NCBI RefSeq assembly: GCF_036971445.1
Contig: NC_091480.1
Span: 23,870,001-23,934,000 of the forward strand
Length of the DNA: 64,000 bases
Reading direction: 5' to 3'
DNA from: Narcine bancroftii
Taxonomy: Eukaryota
The position numbers and the translations under genes were made by a program. The notes under the pieces are model-generated. The model was not told where the DNA came from. It did not search any database and saw only the letters and a program-made list of their open reading frames with translations. Positions 25,808 to 39,488 of the stretch are shown one piece after another. Position 1 is the first letter of the stretch. Each line of letters begins with the position of its first letter.

Positions 25808-26470
25808 TGTATGGTTAGCGTGGCAGCTAGAGTAACGATGTTACAGCACCAAGATTCAATTGTAATAAAACAGTGTCATAATACATGAAATTGTTCTTGC
25901 CTGCTGGAGGTCAGACAGATTCGTTCTTGGCAGAAATTGCCTGAAGCGCTTCTTACAGTCGGAAAAGAGAAGCAAAGGAGAGACCCTCCTCCTGAGTGTC
26001 CATAGATTCACCTCCAGCGCTTCTGCAGCCTCTGCAACTACGTAGAGTCCAGTCCAAGCCATTGGTAACCCGAGCTCCAGATCTGAACCACCCCTCAGCG
26101 TCTTTGGCACCCCCTCACATCCCGGTTGCAATACCTGGTATCCCTTCAGCCTGCTTTGAGCCAGTCTCCAGGAGTCCACAGCTTGGCGCAAGTCTCCCGA
26201 CAGCAGTCTCCAGCAACCCCCCCCAGCCTCCGTGGGTTTCTCGCCTTGAATCGCCAGCAACTTGCTGGATGCGTGGTTCTTTCAGCCACAGAAGCCCCCT
26301 CACAGTAAGGACCTTGTATAGTCTCTCTAGGTTGACATGGATCTCCGGTTTCGTCCCACCCTTCAAAACGCAACGGGGATTGTCAGGCAATTGGGTGTAA
26401 TTGTGCGTCGTGGGCTTGTGGGCTAGGGATAGGGTTAATAAAAATTAAAAGTTTTAAATTAAATTTAAAA
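25808..26470 (+). mobile_element. V-SINE split by an antisense insertion
   Basis: tRNA-like head at 25808-25855 (GGTTAGCG...TTACAGCACC). Body and tail at 26315-26470 (CTCCGGTTTCGTCCCACCCTTCAAA...GGGCTTGTGGGC...TTTAAATT). Confidence 0.65.
25853..26315 (-). mobile_element. Unclassified GC-rich non-coding retroposon-like repeat
   Basis: Reverse complement aligns with 42650-43082 (GAGCTCGGGTT, GGACACTC, TTTGCTTCTCTTT, TGTCTG..CAGCAGGCAA...CATGTAT...TACAAT). Confidence 0.7.
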
Positions 26471-26989
26471 CATATTTGTTAGCATCCACACAGCAGGACC
26501 TCATCTCCTGTTACTTTGGAATTCATCCGTTAGCACAGAGATCAAGGCCTTACTCAGGACATACAGAAGAAGTTAACCACAGACAACTTGTACTCATTTC
26601 TTTGAATTCAGGATTGGGAACATCACGACCATTACGGCCAACCCCAACAGCAAGAGACCTGAACATTGTGCTGCAGTCATAGCCCGGGAAGACAGTCACT
26701 TTGGTGTTGATGGTGCTGTCCTGAGTGTCTCCCAAGGAGCAAGGCAATCAGCATGTCTTCACTCTGAAAGGAAAGACTGCGAGAAGAACATAATCTTTAT
26801 GCTATGTGAACTCCAGCATCATGAATGCCATCTCAGCATTTTCCTGTCCCGTTTAGGCCAACATCTCATAATCTTTTGGCTCATTCTCACTTGGTCATCA
26901 GTGAAAATGCCCCAAACAGGAAACTATGAAATCGAACAAGGAGATCTACTCTAAAATTGCAAAAGTAAACTGATTCAGTATTTCAGAGG

Positions 26990-28010
26990 ATGACAAACAA
27001 ATCCTCCTTTGTGGCCTCAATTTCAGGGGGGCACAAGATGCAATCCCACGGTAAGAATGTTCCTCAACTACTTTCTCCTTGTGGCCAAAGAGCTACTCCT
27101 CAAACCACGGTGTGGATTTCATCCATCAAGAGGCACAATAGATATGATCTTCAACAGGTGACAACTCCAAGAGAAATGAAGCACCGTGCACAATATGTTA
27201 TTTTTGGCATCATTAAATTGTTGGAATCTCAGTCGAAAGGGGCTGTGAACCATCCTTCCCAAATGAGGCAGCAGGTGAGATTGGTCTCCATTATGTACAT
27301 AATTGCATGAAACCGTGATATTAACCAATTCATCTCCAGCAAACCCAATCTCAGCACATTATCAGGGTCACAAATGACAATTATTCCAATAATTTTCACT
27401 ATTTTTCTTGCCACAATATTGCAAGTCCAATAAACTTCTTGTTGAAGAGGAGATGAATAGGACAAATAGGAAACTATTTCAAAGCAAGGTCCCTCAAACT
27501 TGGAGTTGCCATGCACAGGCAAATCTTGCATTTGTATATTCTGAAGTTCTGATCCCAGTCATCATCCACTCTTTCAATGAAGCTTCTGAAAGAATCAACT
27601 TTACAATTAATAGCCTCAAAATATCTTCCAATCTGTCTCAGATGGACTCTGCAACAATAAAAAGGATGACAATGGCACTCTAGAATACATGAACTGCTTC
27701 CCACTTCACGGAAACCACCTCTCGACGAAGGTAGAAATTCACCACAACCTCCAATGCGTATGACAACCTTTGGCCACCTGAAGAGAGGAATGCTTGAAGA
27801 CCTCAGAATGAGTGTAAAATTCATGGTTTAGTGGTCAGAAGTAGTTCTCACTTTCTTGTAATCTTCAGCAATGTGTACTTTCCACAGTTACACCTCAAAG
27901 CATTGGAGAGATACCAGCATATATTTTTCCTGCAAAATTCTCCAAATTCTCTGGCAGGAAAATCAAACGAATGTCAGCCCACTCTCCCAGGTTAACACCC
28001 TCTGCCCAAG
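26990..28010 (+). mobile_element. Ancient, highly decayed RTE LINE RT region
   Basis: Fragmented translation: SRKGL.TILPK, IFTIFLATIL, GNHLSTK.EIHH.LQC, FGHLKR, HLKALERYQ...CKILQILWQE.QTNVS.L. Confidence 0.7.
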
Positions 28011-28238
28011 TTCCCTACTTACTTCAGTTGGCTTCAGTGATTTTATTTACATGCATGACCCTAAAACATTCTGTTGTAAGCTCCACCGCAGCAAGTAGAG
28101 GAGCAAGTGGAGAGACCAAAAGATTCATAGATATTCTTATGACTTCTTGAAAAGTGAAACATGCCCACTAATTGCGGAAATCCCAGGTTCTTGATGCTCA
28201 AGAGGAGGAGGAGGAGAATTCAAAAAAGACTCAGACAC

Positions 28239-28948
28239 TGTTATATGTGGATTGTGGAGGAATATGTGGCCTCCCTGTCAGGAACATTGTGGATTGCGTA
28301 GGATCACATGACCTCCCTGTCTGATACTCAGTTGGAGGTCGCATCACCTGCCAATTAAGGTTGGACTCCAGCCAACCATTAGTGCACACCTTTCTTTTGG
28401 CTCATTTCAATGATTCAGCATTATCACTGGCCGGACGCCCAGCTTGGAATGGTATAACCATCGACGCATGTCACATTTCTCTCTTTATCTATCTCTTCGT
28501 TCAAGTCCCAGATATCGCTCCACGCCAGGCTGCTTCTGTGGACATTGCTGGAGGAGTTATGGGTAAACTGTGCACTACACTTAGTTGAGCCATAGTACTG
28601 TAATAGATCAGTGTTTGCAGAGAACCGTACCCCTGTTAATACATGGAATCAGGAGCGTGTTTGAAAGTCCCTATCTCTGAAGTGTGTACACGTGCAGCAG
28701 AGTGTGGTAGGGTAATTAGCCACCAGTATCAAAGTCCTTCTGCCTGATGTGCCTGTTTACACCATTATAGTTTTTGTCTCATACCTTATAGAAGATAGGC
28801 AACCACTGGTTTCGGAGTCCAACATGGGTCCAACTTGGGTCTGATGTGAATGTCTATTTAGCTAATAAAGTAGTAGGTTAATTAAGTATCCTTTGACATC
28901 TTCCCTTGTTTGTTTCCCATGTGTTCAATAAAGTTACCTTTGATAGCA
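28239..28948 (+). mobile_element. Candidate solo LTR
   Basis: TGTTAT...ATAGCA termini with ACAC on both sides (4-bp TSD candidate), TATA-like TATAA near 28453, AATAAA at 28864 and 28927. The right boundary is uncertain. Confidence 0.4.
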
Positions 28949-29189
28949 ACACTTGTATCTAGACTTGTCTCTCTGCGAACCCACCAAACCTGAGACTTTC
29001 CCAAATGCACCATCTCCCAAAACAGCCACTCACTCATCCAATGAGCTGTTCTTATCCTATCTGTGGCAGATTCCACCAGACCCACATCAGCTGTATCATT
29101 CATCTCAGAACCAAGTCAAGTCATTCTCCATGACCACGTAAGAGTATGATTGCCTAAAAGTAAGCCTTCTAATTTTCCAACAGTTAGAG

Positions 29190-29416
29190 CAGGGGTTCCC
29201 AACCTTTTTGCTCCTCTGTACCCCTTGGGTATTTTTTATAGGTTCCCATGCACCCCTAAAAATTAAGGATTAAATAAAACACAACATTGTGTAATCTGGC
29301 TGCAGATGACAACACCATGTATCGTTTAGTACTGGTTATTCTCTCAGACCCAGTGTGCCCCCTGAAAAGTGCAAATGTACCGCTGGGGGTACATGTACCC
29401 AGGTTGGGAACCTCAG
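29190..29416. mobile_element. hAT (Charlie-like) MITE
   Basis: TIR CAGGGGTTCCCAACCT / AGGTTGGGAACCTCAG. 8-bp TSD AGTTAGAG / CGTTAGAG. Confidence 0.85.
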
Positions 29417-29831
29417 CGTTAGAGGCTGTTTTATTGTTATCAATAGACATCATAACATGTATATTATACAATTCAAATAGGAAACTGTTCCGCCGACTTT
29501 GATCAACTTCATAATTTTCACAACATGCTCACAACAGTTTCCAACCAACCTTGGGTGTTAAAGCACATGCCTCTGACTTTGAAATTTGTCATCTCCAACA
29601 GTGCACATTACAACATTTGACTATCTCAAGGACAAGATGGCAAAATGCAGAAGGAAAACTTAATTGGAGTGAAATGCATTTCATAAACTGAAATAAGTCC
29701 CTTGCATAACAAAAAGAAAAAATTCTGTAGGCATGAGCTGAATGGAACAAATAAAAGAGATGAAATAGAGATGGACCTGTGGAGGAACATGATATTTCAA
29801 GCATACTGTGGGGAAATAATATCACACTATT

Positions 29832-30447
29832 AGCATATACAGAGCCGTTGTCATACCCACACTCCTGTTCGGCTCCGAATCATTACCGGCATCACCTACG
29901 GCTCCTAGAACGCTTCCACCAGCGTTGTCTCCGCTCCATCCTCAACATTCATTGGAGCGACTTCATCCCCAACATCGAAGTGCTCGAGATGGCAGAGGCC
30001 GGCAGCATCGAATCCACGCTGCTGAAGATCCAATTGCGCTGGGTGGGTCACGTCTCCAGAGTGGAGGACCATCGCCTTCCCAAGATCGTGTTAGATGGCG
30101 AGCTCTCCACTGGCCACCGTGACAGAGGTGCACCAAAGAAGAGGTACAAGAAATCTCTTGGTGCCTGCCCCATTGACCACCGCCAGTGGGCTGATCTCGC
30201 CTCCAACCGTGCATCTTGGTGCCTCACAGTTCGGCGAGCAGCAACCTCCTTTGAAGAAGACCGCAGAGCCCACCTCACTGACAAAAGACAAAGGAGGAAA
30301 AACCCAACACCCAACCCCAACCCACCAATTTTCCCCTGCAACCATGTCTGCCTGTCCCGCATCGGACTTGTCAGCCACAAACGAGCCTGCAGCTGACGTG
30401 AACATTTACCCCTCCATAAATCTTCCTCCGCGAAGCCAAGCCAAAGA
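29832..30447 (+). mobile_element. RTE LINE 3' fragment with small internal deletions
   Basis: RHHLRLLERFHQRCLRSILNIHW...SHKRACS*. Lacks the DCLK and RCN codons present in the other copies. Confidence 0.92.
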
Positions 30448-33400
30448 TCCATTAGAGTTGACCAGTCATGTCAAGCGAAGTACAAAATCCTAAATCTTTT
30501 TATTTTTCCTACTTAATGGATTAATTTATTATGTGCTGTTCGTGGCTGCAGCATATTTTTAAAAAAATCAATATTGCATTGGTTTTTAATGTATAATTTC
30601 TTAATATTACATATTAATATGCTGCAGTTTGACAACAAGCAAAGCCAAATTCAAGGTGAGCTTGCTATTCTGTTCAATGAAAATACAATTTAAGCTTAAA
30701 ATATTCCCAGAAACGTGTGTGCCTGAATGATTTAACAATTTGCTGAAAATAGTTACTTCTAGATTATGTTGCTGTTAAATATTTAGAATATTGATGCAGT
30801 ATGAAGATACTTCAAAAGATTTAACAATCGCTCATGGCCTTATTGCAAGAAGTTGAAATGTCAAGAAACAATGAAAGAGAGCAGAACATAACATTGAGGA
30901 AGTCTGCATTTACTCTCAATAGTGTAATATACCATGCTGGTTGTAATGAATGTGCAGCCTCGACATTCACTCACAGTGCAAACTATGCAGAGAAGCAGAA
31001 TAAGAGCCTCCTGATGTTTTTCAGATGAGACAAACAACATCTGGATCCATGATCTGGCACTAACCTTGCAATTAGAGTCAGGCACAACATCTAACACCAT
31101 CAAATGTGGAATCAGGTTCAGGCCTCAAGCTTGGATTTTCAGTTTAGAGATCGAAATAAAACTAGTGCAATCCTGTACCTCACCTCAGTCTTTCCAAGGG
31201 GTCGTAATGGAAGAAATTCCAGTATTTTGTTGGCAATTAACAGTTAAGCATTTTCCCCTGATGACTTCCCGTTGGTGCAGGTCACACCAGAGGGCAATCA
31301 TTGATTCTGCTTTCACAGTTATCCCACTGGAACACCATCCCCAATTGTGGACAAATACCCATTTGGTGGGGTGGAATGGTCATATTCAGTTATGTGGCAT
31401 GTGTAATAACCAATCTACCCATTTACCATCATATGACATTTTTCAGAGAACAGTTTCAGCTTCACAGATCCAAAAACGTTGACTTCTTCGTTCTGGTCCT
31501 CTCTTCACACCTTGAATTCTCGCTTGCTGGTTTTGCTGGATATTTATTGGATATATGTGGCACCCGGGTGCTGCTCAGAGCATTCCAAGAAACTGCCTCT
31601 TTAGGGAAGTAGGCAAATTTGATATCATTCACTATCCCAGTTTTCACCAACCACACGTTACACCTTTAAAAAGTTGAAAACACAACTACGAAGTTAATGC
31701 CTCCCATTGAATTGCAATTGATTTCATTGGCTTTAAAAGCACTTCGAAACCAAGAATATAATGACAATATCTTTGCTCAGAGAAGATTTTAGCCAGTCAA
31801 AAGTCTGCTTGTATAATGCCGACTTTGCAAATAATAACCACTTAGCCCGTTTCTGGTGTGCATGACACAAAAGCTCTCCAGACAATCCATAATAGATGGG
31901 CTTCACATTTGAAAATGACAAGTACAATGTCAGACATAATCAATCGATCACTGTATAATTATTATTGCAAATGATCCATAACCTCAATGTAATCCTTAAG
32001 GGGAATTTAATGAAGCAGAAAGCACATCAATACTAATACCTTGTTTGTGTATTTCCTTTATTAACCTTCTTTATTGCAAAGTCTATTACATTTCTTCTAC
32101 TTTATCCTATTTTGCTTTGCTTAAAATTCAGTTTCTAGAATAGAAAAACAATATTTCTATTTAAGTTATTATTTTCCTTCAGCAAAAAATAAGTCCCACT
32201 ACAAAACCTCATCTTCCAACTCTTTACATCAATCATTTCTCGAATGTTATCTAAAAAGCAGCCCTCTGCAAGCATTGGGAGACGATTGTTGATTTTTCTT
32301 TCCTTAAAGAGGTTTTCCTCTTCGCATTGGTCCAGTGAAGTGAATGGAATATGCCAGATGTCAGGTAGCTTTGTATTTTATCCAGTCTTGGTGAACTGGG
32401 AAGCTTTTATTTAAAATCAGAATGTACAATAGGATCACACTGGATACCTGTGTTGCTCAGTTTGCGCTAGCATGCCCTTAAAGAGTAAAATGACAATGCA
32501 GAAGAGAAAAGATGTAGGACTATGATTTTCCTGGTGCCCAAAGAAGGTTAAATAGCTGGCGTGCCACCAGCCAGACTGTTTTGTTCTTGGGTCCCCACTT
32601 GGAAATTCAATAGCCCCTATAGTCTGATGCATCAGGTTCTCTTGCCTTGGTCTTGGGAAAAGCTTACCTTTGAATGCTATGTCACTAATAGGCATTCATG
32701 GAAAGTCTAGCAAGGCCGGAGCCATTCTGAAGTTAGATCAGGAGTTAAAGTGAGAGAAGCCAAAGGAGCCAGAAGGCTTGAGGACTGGTGGGTCCATTGC
32801 AAGCGATCAGCAGAGGGTCATGAAGTAAGCCGATGTGGCAGGTGGATGGAAGGCTAGAAATTGAAAGGCAGGGAATTCAATCTGACAGATTGATCAGAGT
32901 CTGAAGAAGGGATCTAGGATAATGTCAGTACTGTGGGATTGTGGACTCCTGAAGGAGAGTAGGTAGTGGGACCCACTACCAACTCAACCAGTCGTGATCC
33001 AGTTATCAGCCTGGGATCTGTTCAGAGGGATCTCCTTTAAATTATGCAGCCCAGTATCCTGCTTCTTCGTAGATTGCCAGGTATTATACAGGTACTCCAC
33101 TCTGCTTGGACGTGAAGTCCAGCTGGATGTTGTCATTGGATGCCACTACACACATTAATGAATTGTTGCATGGGAGAACCAGAGACAAATCAAAATATCA
33201 CAGGCATCAAATTTCATACCTCAATTTTCACTCTCTATTGCCGAACACATATCAAAGAATCATTGCACAACTCAATTGTTACGGAAGCATTGAAAATGCT
33301 AAAGTGCAAAGGATTCATGCAATTTAAAGTTGATATTCAAATTCTTGCAGCCGTACTATATAAAGTTCTTTCTTTTTGACAGAGCAAATGGCTATTCATT

Positions 33401-33672
33401 TGATAAGAGTATAACATGTCTGCAACAAAGGGAAGTTCAGGTAATCAACAAACAACCCCTGATTCTAATATAAAGGTTCAACAGTCAATCACATATAACA
33501 CATGGATCATTAAACTTCCAATAAACTTCCTTAAAAATTACAAATTGTTGTTGGCCCAGAACATGCAAAAAAAATACCTTAGATGATTTATAAATACCTT
33601 ACAAGTCTGAGTTAACTGATAGAGAACACAGAGAGGATACAATAGAATCTTTGTTTTCTTAAAAAGGAAGTA

Positions 33673-33886
33673 GAGTGACACCCTTGTTAACTGGAATTCA
33701 AGCAACCGGCTGCCTCAACCAATGGGCAAAAAAAAGGAAATAGGTAAAAAATATGCAAGTTTAAAATTGGTGTGCCTTGCCCTTAGTTTGCCAAACCACG
33801 CAACCACTTAATCTCAAGCAACTAGGAGATACACTTATCCGGCATCTATCAATCCCCAAAGTTGGCAGATACCAGGGTTTTTACTG
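33673..33886. mobile_element. Tc1/mariner (Tigger-like) MITE
   Basis: TA|GAGTGACACCCTTG ... CCAGGGTTTTTACTG|TA: degenerate CAGTAAAACCC TIRs with a TA TSD. Confidence 0.65.
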
Positions 33887-33943
33887 TAATATTAATGAGA
33901 ACATTAATACATATTATTATTAATACATAATAATATAAACAAT

Positions 33944-35055
33944 AAAGACTTCAACAATGAAGACGCTGTTTACATCCGGTACCGCACGGATGGCAGTCTC
34001 TTCAATCTGAGGCGCCTGCAAGCTCACACCAAGACACAAGAGAAACTTGTCCGTGAACTACTCTTTGCAGACGATGCCGCTTTAGTTGCCCATTCAGAGC
34101 CAGCTCTTCAGCGCTTGACGTCCTGTTTTGAGGAAACTGCCAAAATGTTTGGCCTGGAAGTCAGCCTGAAGAAAACTGAGGTCCTCCATCAGCCAGCTCC
34201 CCACCATGACTACCAGCCCCCCACATCTCCATCGGGCACACAAAACTCAAAACGGTCAACCAGTTTACCTATCTCGGCTGCACCATTTCATCAGATGCAA
34301 GGATCGACAACGAGATAGACAACAGACTCGCCAAGGCAAATAGCGCCTTTGGAAGACTACACAAAAGAGTCTGGAAAAACAACCAACTGAAAAACCTCAC
34401 AAAGATAAGCGTATACAGAGCCGTTGTCATACCCACACTCCTGTTCGGCTCCGAATCATGGGTCCTCTACCGGCATCACCTACGGCTCCTAGAACGCTTC
34501 CACCAGTGTTGTCTCCGCTCCATCCTCAACATTCATTGGAGCGCTTTCATCCCTAACGTCAAAGTACTTGAGATGGCAGAAGTCGACAGCATCGAGTCCA
34601 CGCTGCTGAAGATCCAGCTGCGCTGGGTGGGTCACGTCTCCAGAATGGAGGACCATCGCTTCCCAAGATCATGTTATATGGCGAGCTCTCCACTGGCCAC
34701 TGTGACAGAGGTGCACCAAAGAAAAGGTACAAGGACTGCCTAAAGAAATCTCTTGGTGGCTGCCACATTGACCACCGCCAGTGGGCTGATATCGCCTCAA
34801 ACCGTGCATCTTGGCGCCTCACAGTTTGGCGGGCAGCAACCTCCTTTGAAGAAGACCGCAGAGCCCACCTCACTGGCAAAAGGCAAAGGAGGAAAAACCC
34901 AACACCCAACCCCAACTAACCAATTTTCCCCTGCAACCGCTGCAACCGTGTCTCCCTGTCCCGCATCAGACTTGTCAGCCACAAACGAGCCTGCAGCTGA
35001 CGTGGACAATTTACCCCCTCCATAAACCTTCGTCCGCGAAGCCAAGCCAAAGAGA
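33944..35055 (+). mobile_element. RTE LINE, 5'-truncated
   Basis: RT C-terminal half (LFADDAAL), nearly identical to 39481-40890, with frameshifts and a complete 3' tail. Confidence 0.95.
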
Positions 35056-38000
35056 GAATGAGAACATACCATTGTAGATGGCTGAATATCATTGTTTACA
35101 TGCTGCTATGACTTAAGACAATCTACACTCACATGAAAGAGTAGAAGTGCACCAAATAATGACTTGGTATCAGTCTATATGGTAATTTAGATTCAAGAAG
35201 TGGGTTTAAAATAATTTTTGAAGAGCAAACAATAGAAACTCAACATTTAAACTTGGAATTGAACATCTTGGTGCAACAAACAATATGTGCCCTTCCCCCT
35301 CTGTTCCCGGAAATCCCAGAGGTAGAGGGTATGATCCCTGCTCTGAGACATCATTATCTCAGCCCATGTCCTCTGCTCTTTGGGCCAGAGAGAGACCATC
35401 CACCAACGCAGTGGGAGGTGCAGGGTAGCCTCATGGGTAAAAAGTGCAAGTGCCCCCATTTTCCTGCTCAGCACTTCACTGAAAATTAGTCATTCGATTA
35501 AAGATGACAAATCATGCAAATCCTCACTGAGGTCCTAATGAGGTCATTAAACCATTTGTGGCACTGAACCCATGAATGAGTATCAGTCACAGGTTCTTGG
35601 TGTTAGCTGCAGGTTTCTACCTCCTGTCAACAAGTAATGTGATCTCACTGTGTGGCTTTATCACATCCAGGGAGAAATGGAGGGGCAGCCTTGATGCAAT
35701 GCCCTCCTTTGCAAGAACTCATTTTAGATGAAATTTGCAGAATGTCTTTCAAAATCCTGAGTTTGAAACAAGTCGCAAAGTCAGAAAGTTTGAAAACTGT
35801 GGGACTGGGCTCATTGAGTGGTTGGTGCCACAGTTGGAAGAGAGCTGCTGAAGAACAGAGAGAAGGAATGAAGCCCAGTTGAATAAGACTATATATAACC
35901 TGGATGCTCGGGGAGTGACCACAAGTACATGCTACTTGGTGGAACAATGTGCACTAAATTCTCAGGCAGTGGTCCAAAACGAGCTGTGCACAAGGAACAT
36001 TTGGTGCACTTGGCATGGAAACTGCATTACAAAGGTAAGTGTGGTGTGTGGCCAGAGCGGCACACTTGAATTTCTAGCAAAACTGGACCTGGAAATTTCT
36101 TGAAAAACATCATTATTGTCAGCCATAGAGTGTTGAAAGGAACAGCTCCCTGGCTCCAAATTCCCCACCTCATCGATTTGATTTGAAAAATATATTGCTG
36201 AGAAGTATATGGTTAGGGATCAACTTCACATTCCTTGCATATAGATTTTCAGGCAAGAATCATACAGCACCTCAATCATATAAAGTCCCTTCATTACTGG
36301 TCTGAAATCCAATTTTTGCAGCACTGTGACTTTTTTTATTTCACACATCAAACCACCATCATGTTACATACCATCCATGTATTGGTGAATCAGAACTCAG
36401 TTTATGTCTTGGTTTTATGCCTGCTCAGAACTCATTTATACTGCTCCAACATATTCTTTGCAGGAGTCCCAAATCACCCCGTGGATTTCACTTCAGTTGA
36501 CAAAGCTTTGAAGCTCCGACCCAATTGAATAGGCTGTCCATTAGCTGTCCTCTTCAGTTTTAAGTAGATCATCAATTTGAAAAAGTACGATATCCATCCA
36601 ACTGGCATTGTTATTCATTATTTATGACTTTTGCCTACTATTTATCAGTGTTAAGCAGTCAACTGTCTCAGATGAGAAAAAAAAGTCTTCATAACAAATT
36701 TGGCCAGCTCTTATTTTACACGAGGTCAAATATCTCCTGAATGCATAAATTATTGACATGTCACTTTAATTGTTTCGAGTTTAACTATTCCATTTCAAAA
36801 CCAAAGCCTGTAAATCCCCATTTGCCCTGAATTTTAAAGAGCAGTTCAGTCATGTTCAGAAGTTCTGACACAATGTTATCTGTTTCTTATCTTCTACGGT
36901 TAATTTGCACTTGTCAAAACATAAAATTTTCTTCCCAGGAAACATTATCTCAATCCAATTCAGTTGGTAATCCTGAGACCAAATGCTTTTGTCAAAACAA
37001 CACGAGTTTTGCATTCTGGTGAAATGTGCAAGATCCAATTTGTTCAGGGTGTTTTGTACCTTTTCAAAATAAGGTAAAATGAATCCCACCTTGTTTTATG
37101 CGTTTACCATTATGCTAAACATAGCAATGAGGAAGTAGCAGTGAAAGTGAAATTGGAGTTAAATCAGAGACAATTTTTCTAAAAAGTTGCTTTTGAGTTT
37201 CAGGATTTCCTCCAAGTATCCGATGTTTTGACACCTTGCAACTTCACTTATATTCTTTAACATTAAGCTGACCATTCCATCCTGATTTGCTTTTATTATA
37301 CACGGCATTATTTTGAAGGCGGTACTTATATTCTGAAAAAGAAATCTTAATGCTACGAACTTTACAAATCAAGATGCATGATGCCAGTTTTAAGATCAAG
37401 CTAGTTTTAACATTTTTCCAGATTTTTTAAATTTTACATTTTCTAACTCAAGACTTACAACATTGGAATGGATTGAGCTCTGATGTGGGTCATTCGAGAC
37501 CTGCCACCCAGAGACATCTGATATTGTCCATCCGCGAGCTGTGCCTGACAAGCTGTAGTATGGAAGTACAGAATATATTCAAGGTCAAGGTCAAGTACTT
37601 GATCATCCAACCTCTTGCTCTACTGTTGGATTTATCGACGAGAACATTGATTGGACTGGGCTAAAAGGCCTAACATAATTTACATAATGGCTCCTCAGCT
37701 CAACATCATCCATGCACAATGTACATTCTCATTCATTGACAAAAGTTTGGGTTAAGTTTATTAAATGTTTCCCTAATTTCCAACTTCATTTCTTTAATTT
37801 ATATTATCATTATAAATGCTCAAGCCTTTTTTCCATTTGTATTTGTTAACTATTCAAGTTAATTTAAGCTGCTTGTAAATATCTGATTTCAGACAGATTC
37901 AAAATCAAAGTGCTTTATTTAATAAACTATATATACATATTTATACACATACAGGTTACACACTAATTTATTTTCTCCAAAACAACCACTGACTTTCACT

Positions 38001-38111
38001 GAGTCATAGATATTCAATGAGTTTCAGTTGGGCATGCGTGCGCGCACACACACATATGTGTATACATATACTTACACACACACACTATATATATACACAC
38101 ACATATAAATA

Positions 38112-38284
38112 TAGCCCACCTCACTGACAAAATGCAAAGGAGGAAAAACCCAACACCCAACCCCAACCAACCAATTTTCCCCTGCAGCCGCTGCAACCGT
38201 GTCTGCCTGTCCTGCATCGGACTTGTCAGCCACAAACGAGCCTGCAGCTGACGTGGACTTTTACCCCCTCCATAAATCTTCGTC
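38112..38284 (+). mobile_element. RTE LINE 3' tip in a (CA)/(TA) microsatellite, running into an assembly gap
   Basis: AGCCCACCTCACTGACAAAA...CATAAATCTTCGTC. Confidence 0.9.
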
Positions 38285-38516
38285 NNNNNNNNNNNNNNNN
38301 NNNNNNNNNNNNNNNNNNNNNNNNNNNNNNNNNNNNNNNNNNNNNNNNNNNNNNNNNNNNNNNNNNNNNNNNNNNNNNNNNNNNNNNNNNNNNNNNNNNN
38401 NNNNNNNNNNNNNNNNNNNNNNNNNNNNNNNNNNNNNNNNNNNNNNNNNNNNNNNNNNNNNNNNNNNNNNNNNNNNNNNNNNNNNNNNNNNNNNNNNNNN
38501 NNNNNNNNNNNNNNNN
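38285..38516. other. Assembly gap (N run)
   Basis: N bases. Confidence 1.
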
Positions 38517-38522
38517 ATAGAT

Positions 38523-39410
38523 TGTGGGGTTTTAGTGTAGGGCACAAAACGATACAAACACTTCAAAACAGATCTCATTTTAAAATGCAAGAGTTATGCA
38601 TAAGGAGGTGCCTACAATTCTGCAAAGACAATAGACTCCTGTGCTGGAGATTTGGTGAAATTGGAAGGGTCCATCTCAGGAAACTGATAAGATCTCTCAT
38701 GAATTGATTTTGGGAGTCAGCAAGATGTTTCGGTGGAGTATGCAGTTTTAGGAAGGTCATGTGGGTTTGCAAGCAGAGAAAGTCAAACAGGGAGGGAGAG
38801 AGCTAGTTTTCTGCAGTGGCTTTGCAAAGCTTGTTTGAAATCCCATTTTGAAGACGGGTTGTGAGTTCTGAGTTCAGCCTGTTTACAAGAGGAGATGGCT
38901 GGCTGTATAATGTTTTGCCTGAGATAAGGGAAACAGAAAAGGAGCTCTGTGGTGACCTGAAAGAAAGAAGTTATCATCCGGAAAACCCTGATGAGGCAAG
39001 TTTCTTCGGCAAGACACTGAAGTAGCTGATCGGAAGAAATCAGTTTGGATGTGTCCAACGAGCAACAAATCTCTCTCTGAAAACTGACAAGAAACTTCCT
39101 CAGCTGTAACCATTTATCTTTCAAGCACCAAGCCTGGTGAAGATTCACAAATGTTAGATTCTGTGCACAGTATAACAATTGCCTGATACCAGTGAGCTTG
39201 GAGGAGTGAGATTGGACTGGAAATTAAGGAACTTTTCTGAACTTACACACCCATTACATACACATACGCTTAGAATTAGGAGGGGGTTAAATTAGGTTAA
39301 TAGAAATAAGTTAAAATTTGATCCTGTTTTTACTTTTAAAGAAAATTGAAAGTAACTTTTGTTTAACTAACCATTTGTCTTGGTGAATTTCTATTGCTGC
39401 TGGGTTTGTC
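38523..39410 (+). mobile_element. Probable LTR (Gypsy-type), 3' end clipped
   Basis: Begins TGTGGG, is non-coding, and has an AT-rich U5-like end CCATTTGTCTTGGTGAATTTCTATTGCTGCTGGGTTT that resembles recalled batoid LTRs. Lies between TA microsatellites. Confidence 0.45.
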
Positions 39411-39412
39411 AC

Positions 39413-39480
<68 letters not shown>

Positions 39481-39488
<8 letters not shown>

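Noticed and set aside
38014-38590. ORFs containing X runs (also 49189-49517)
   Set aside because: Artefacts of N gaps.
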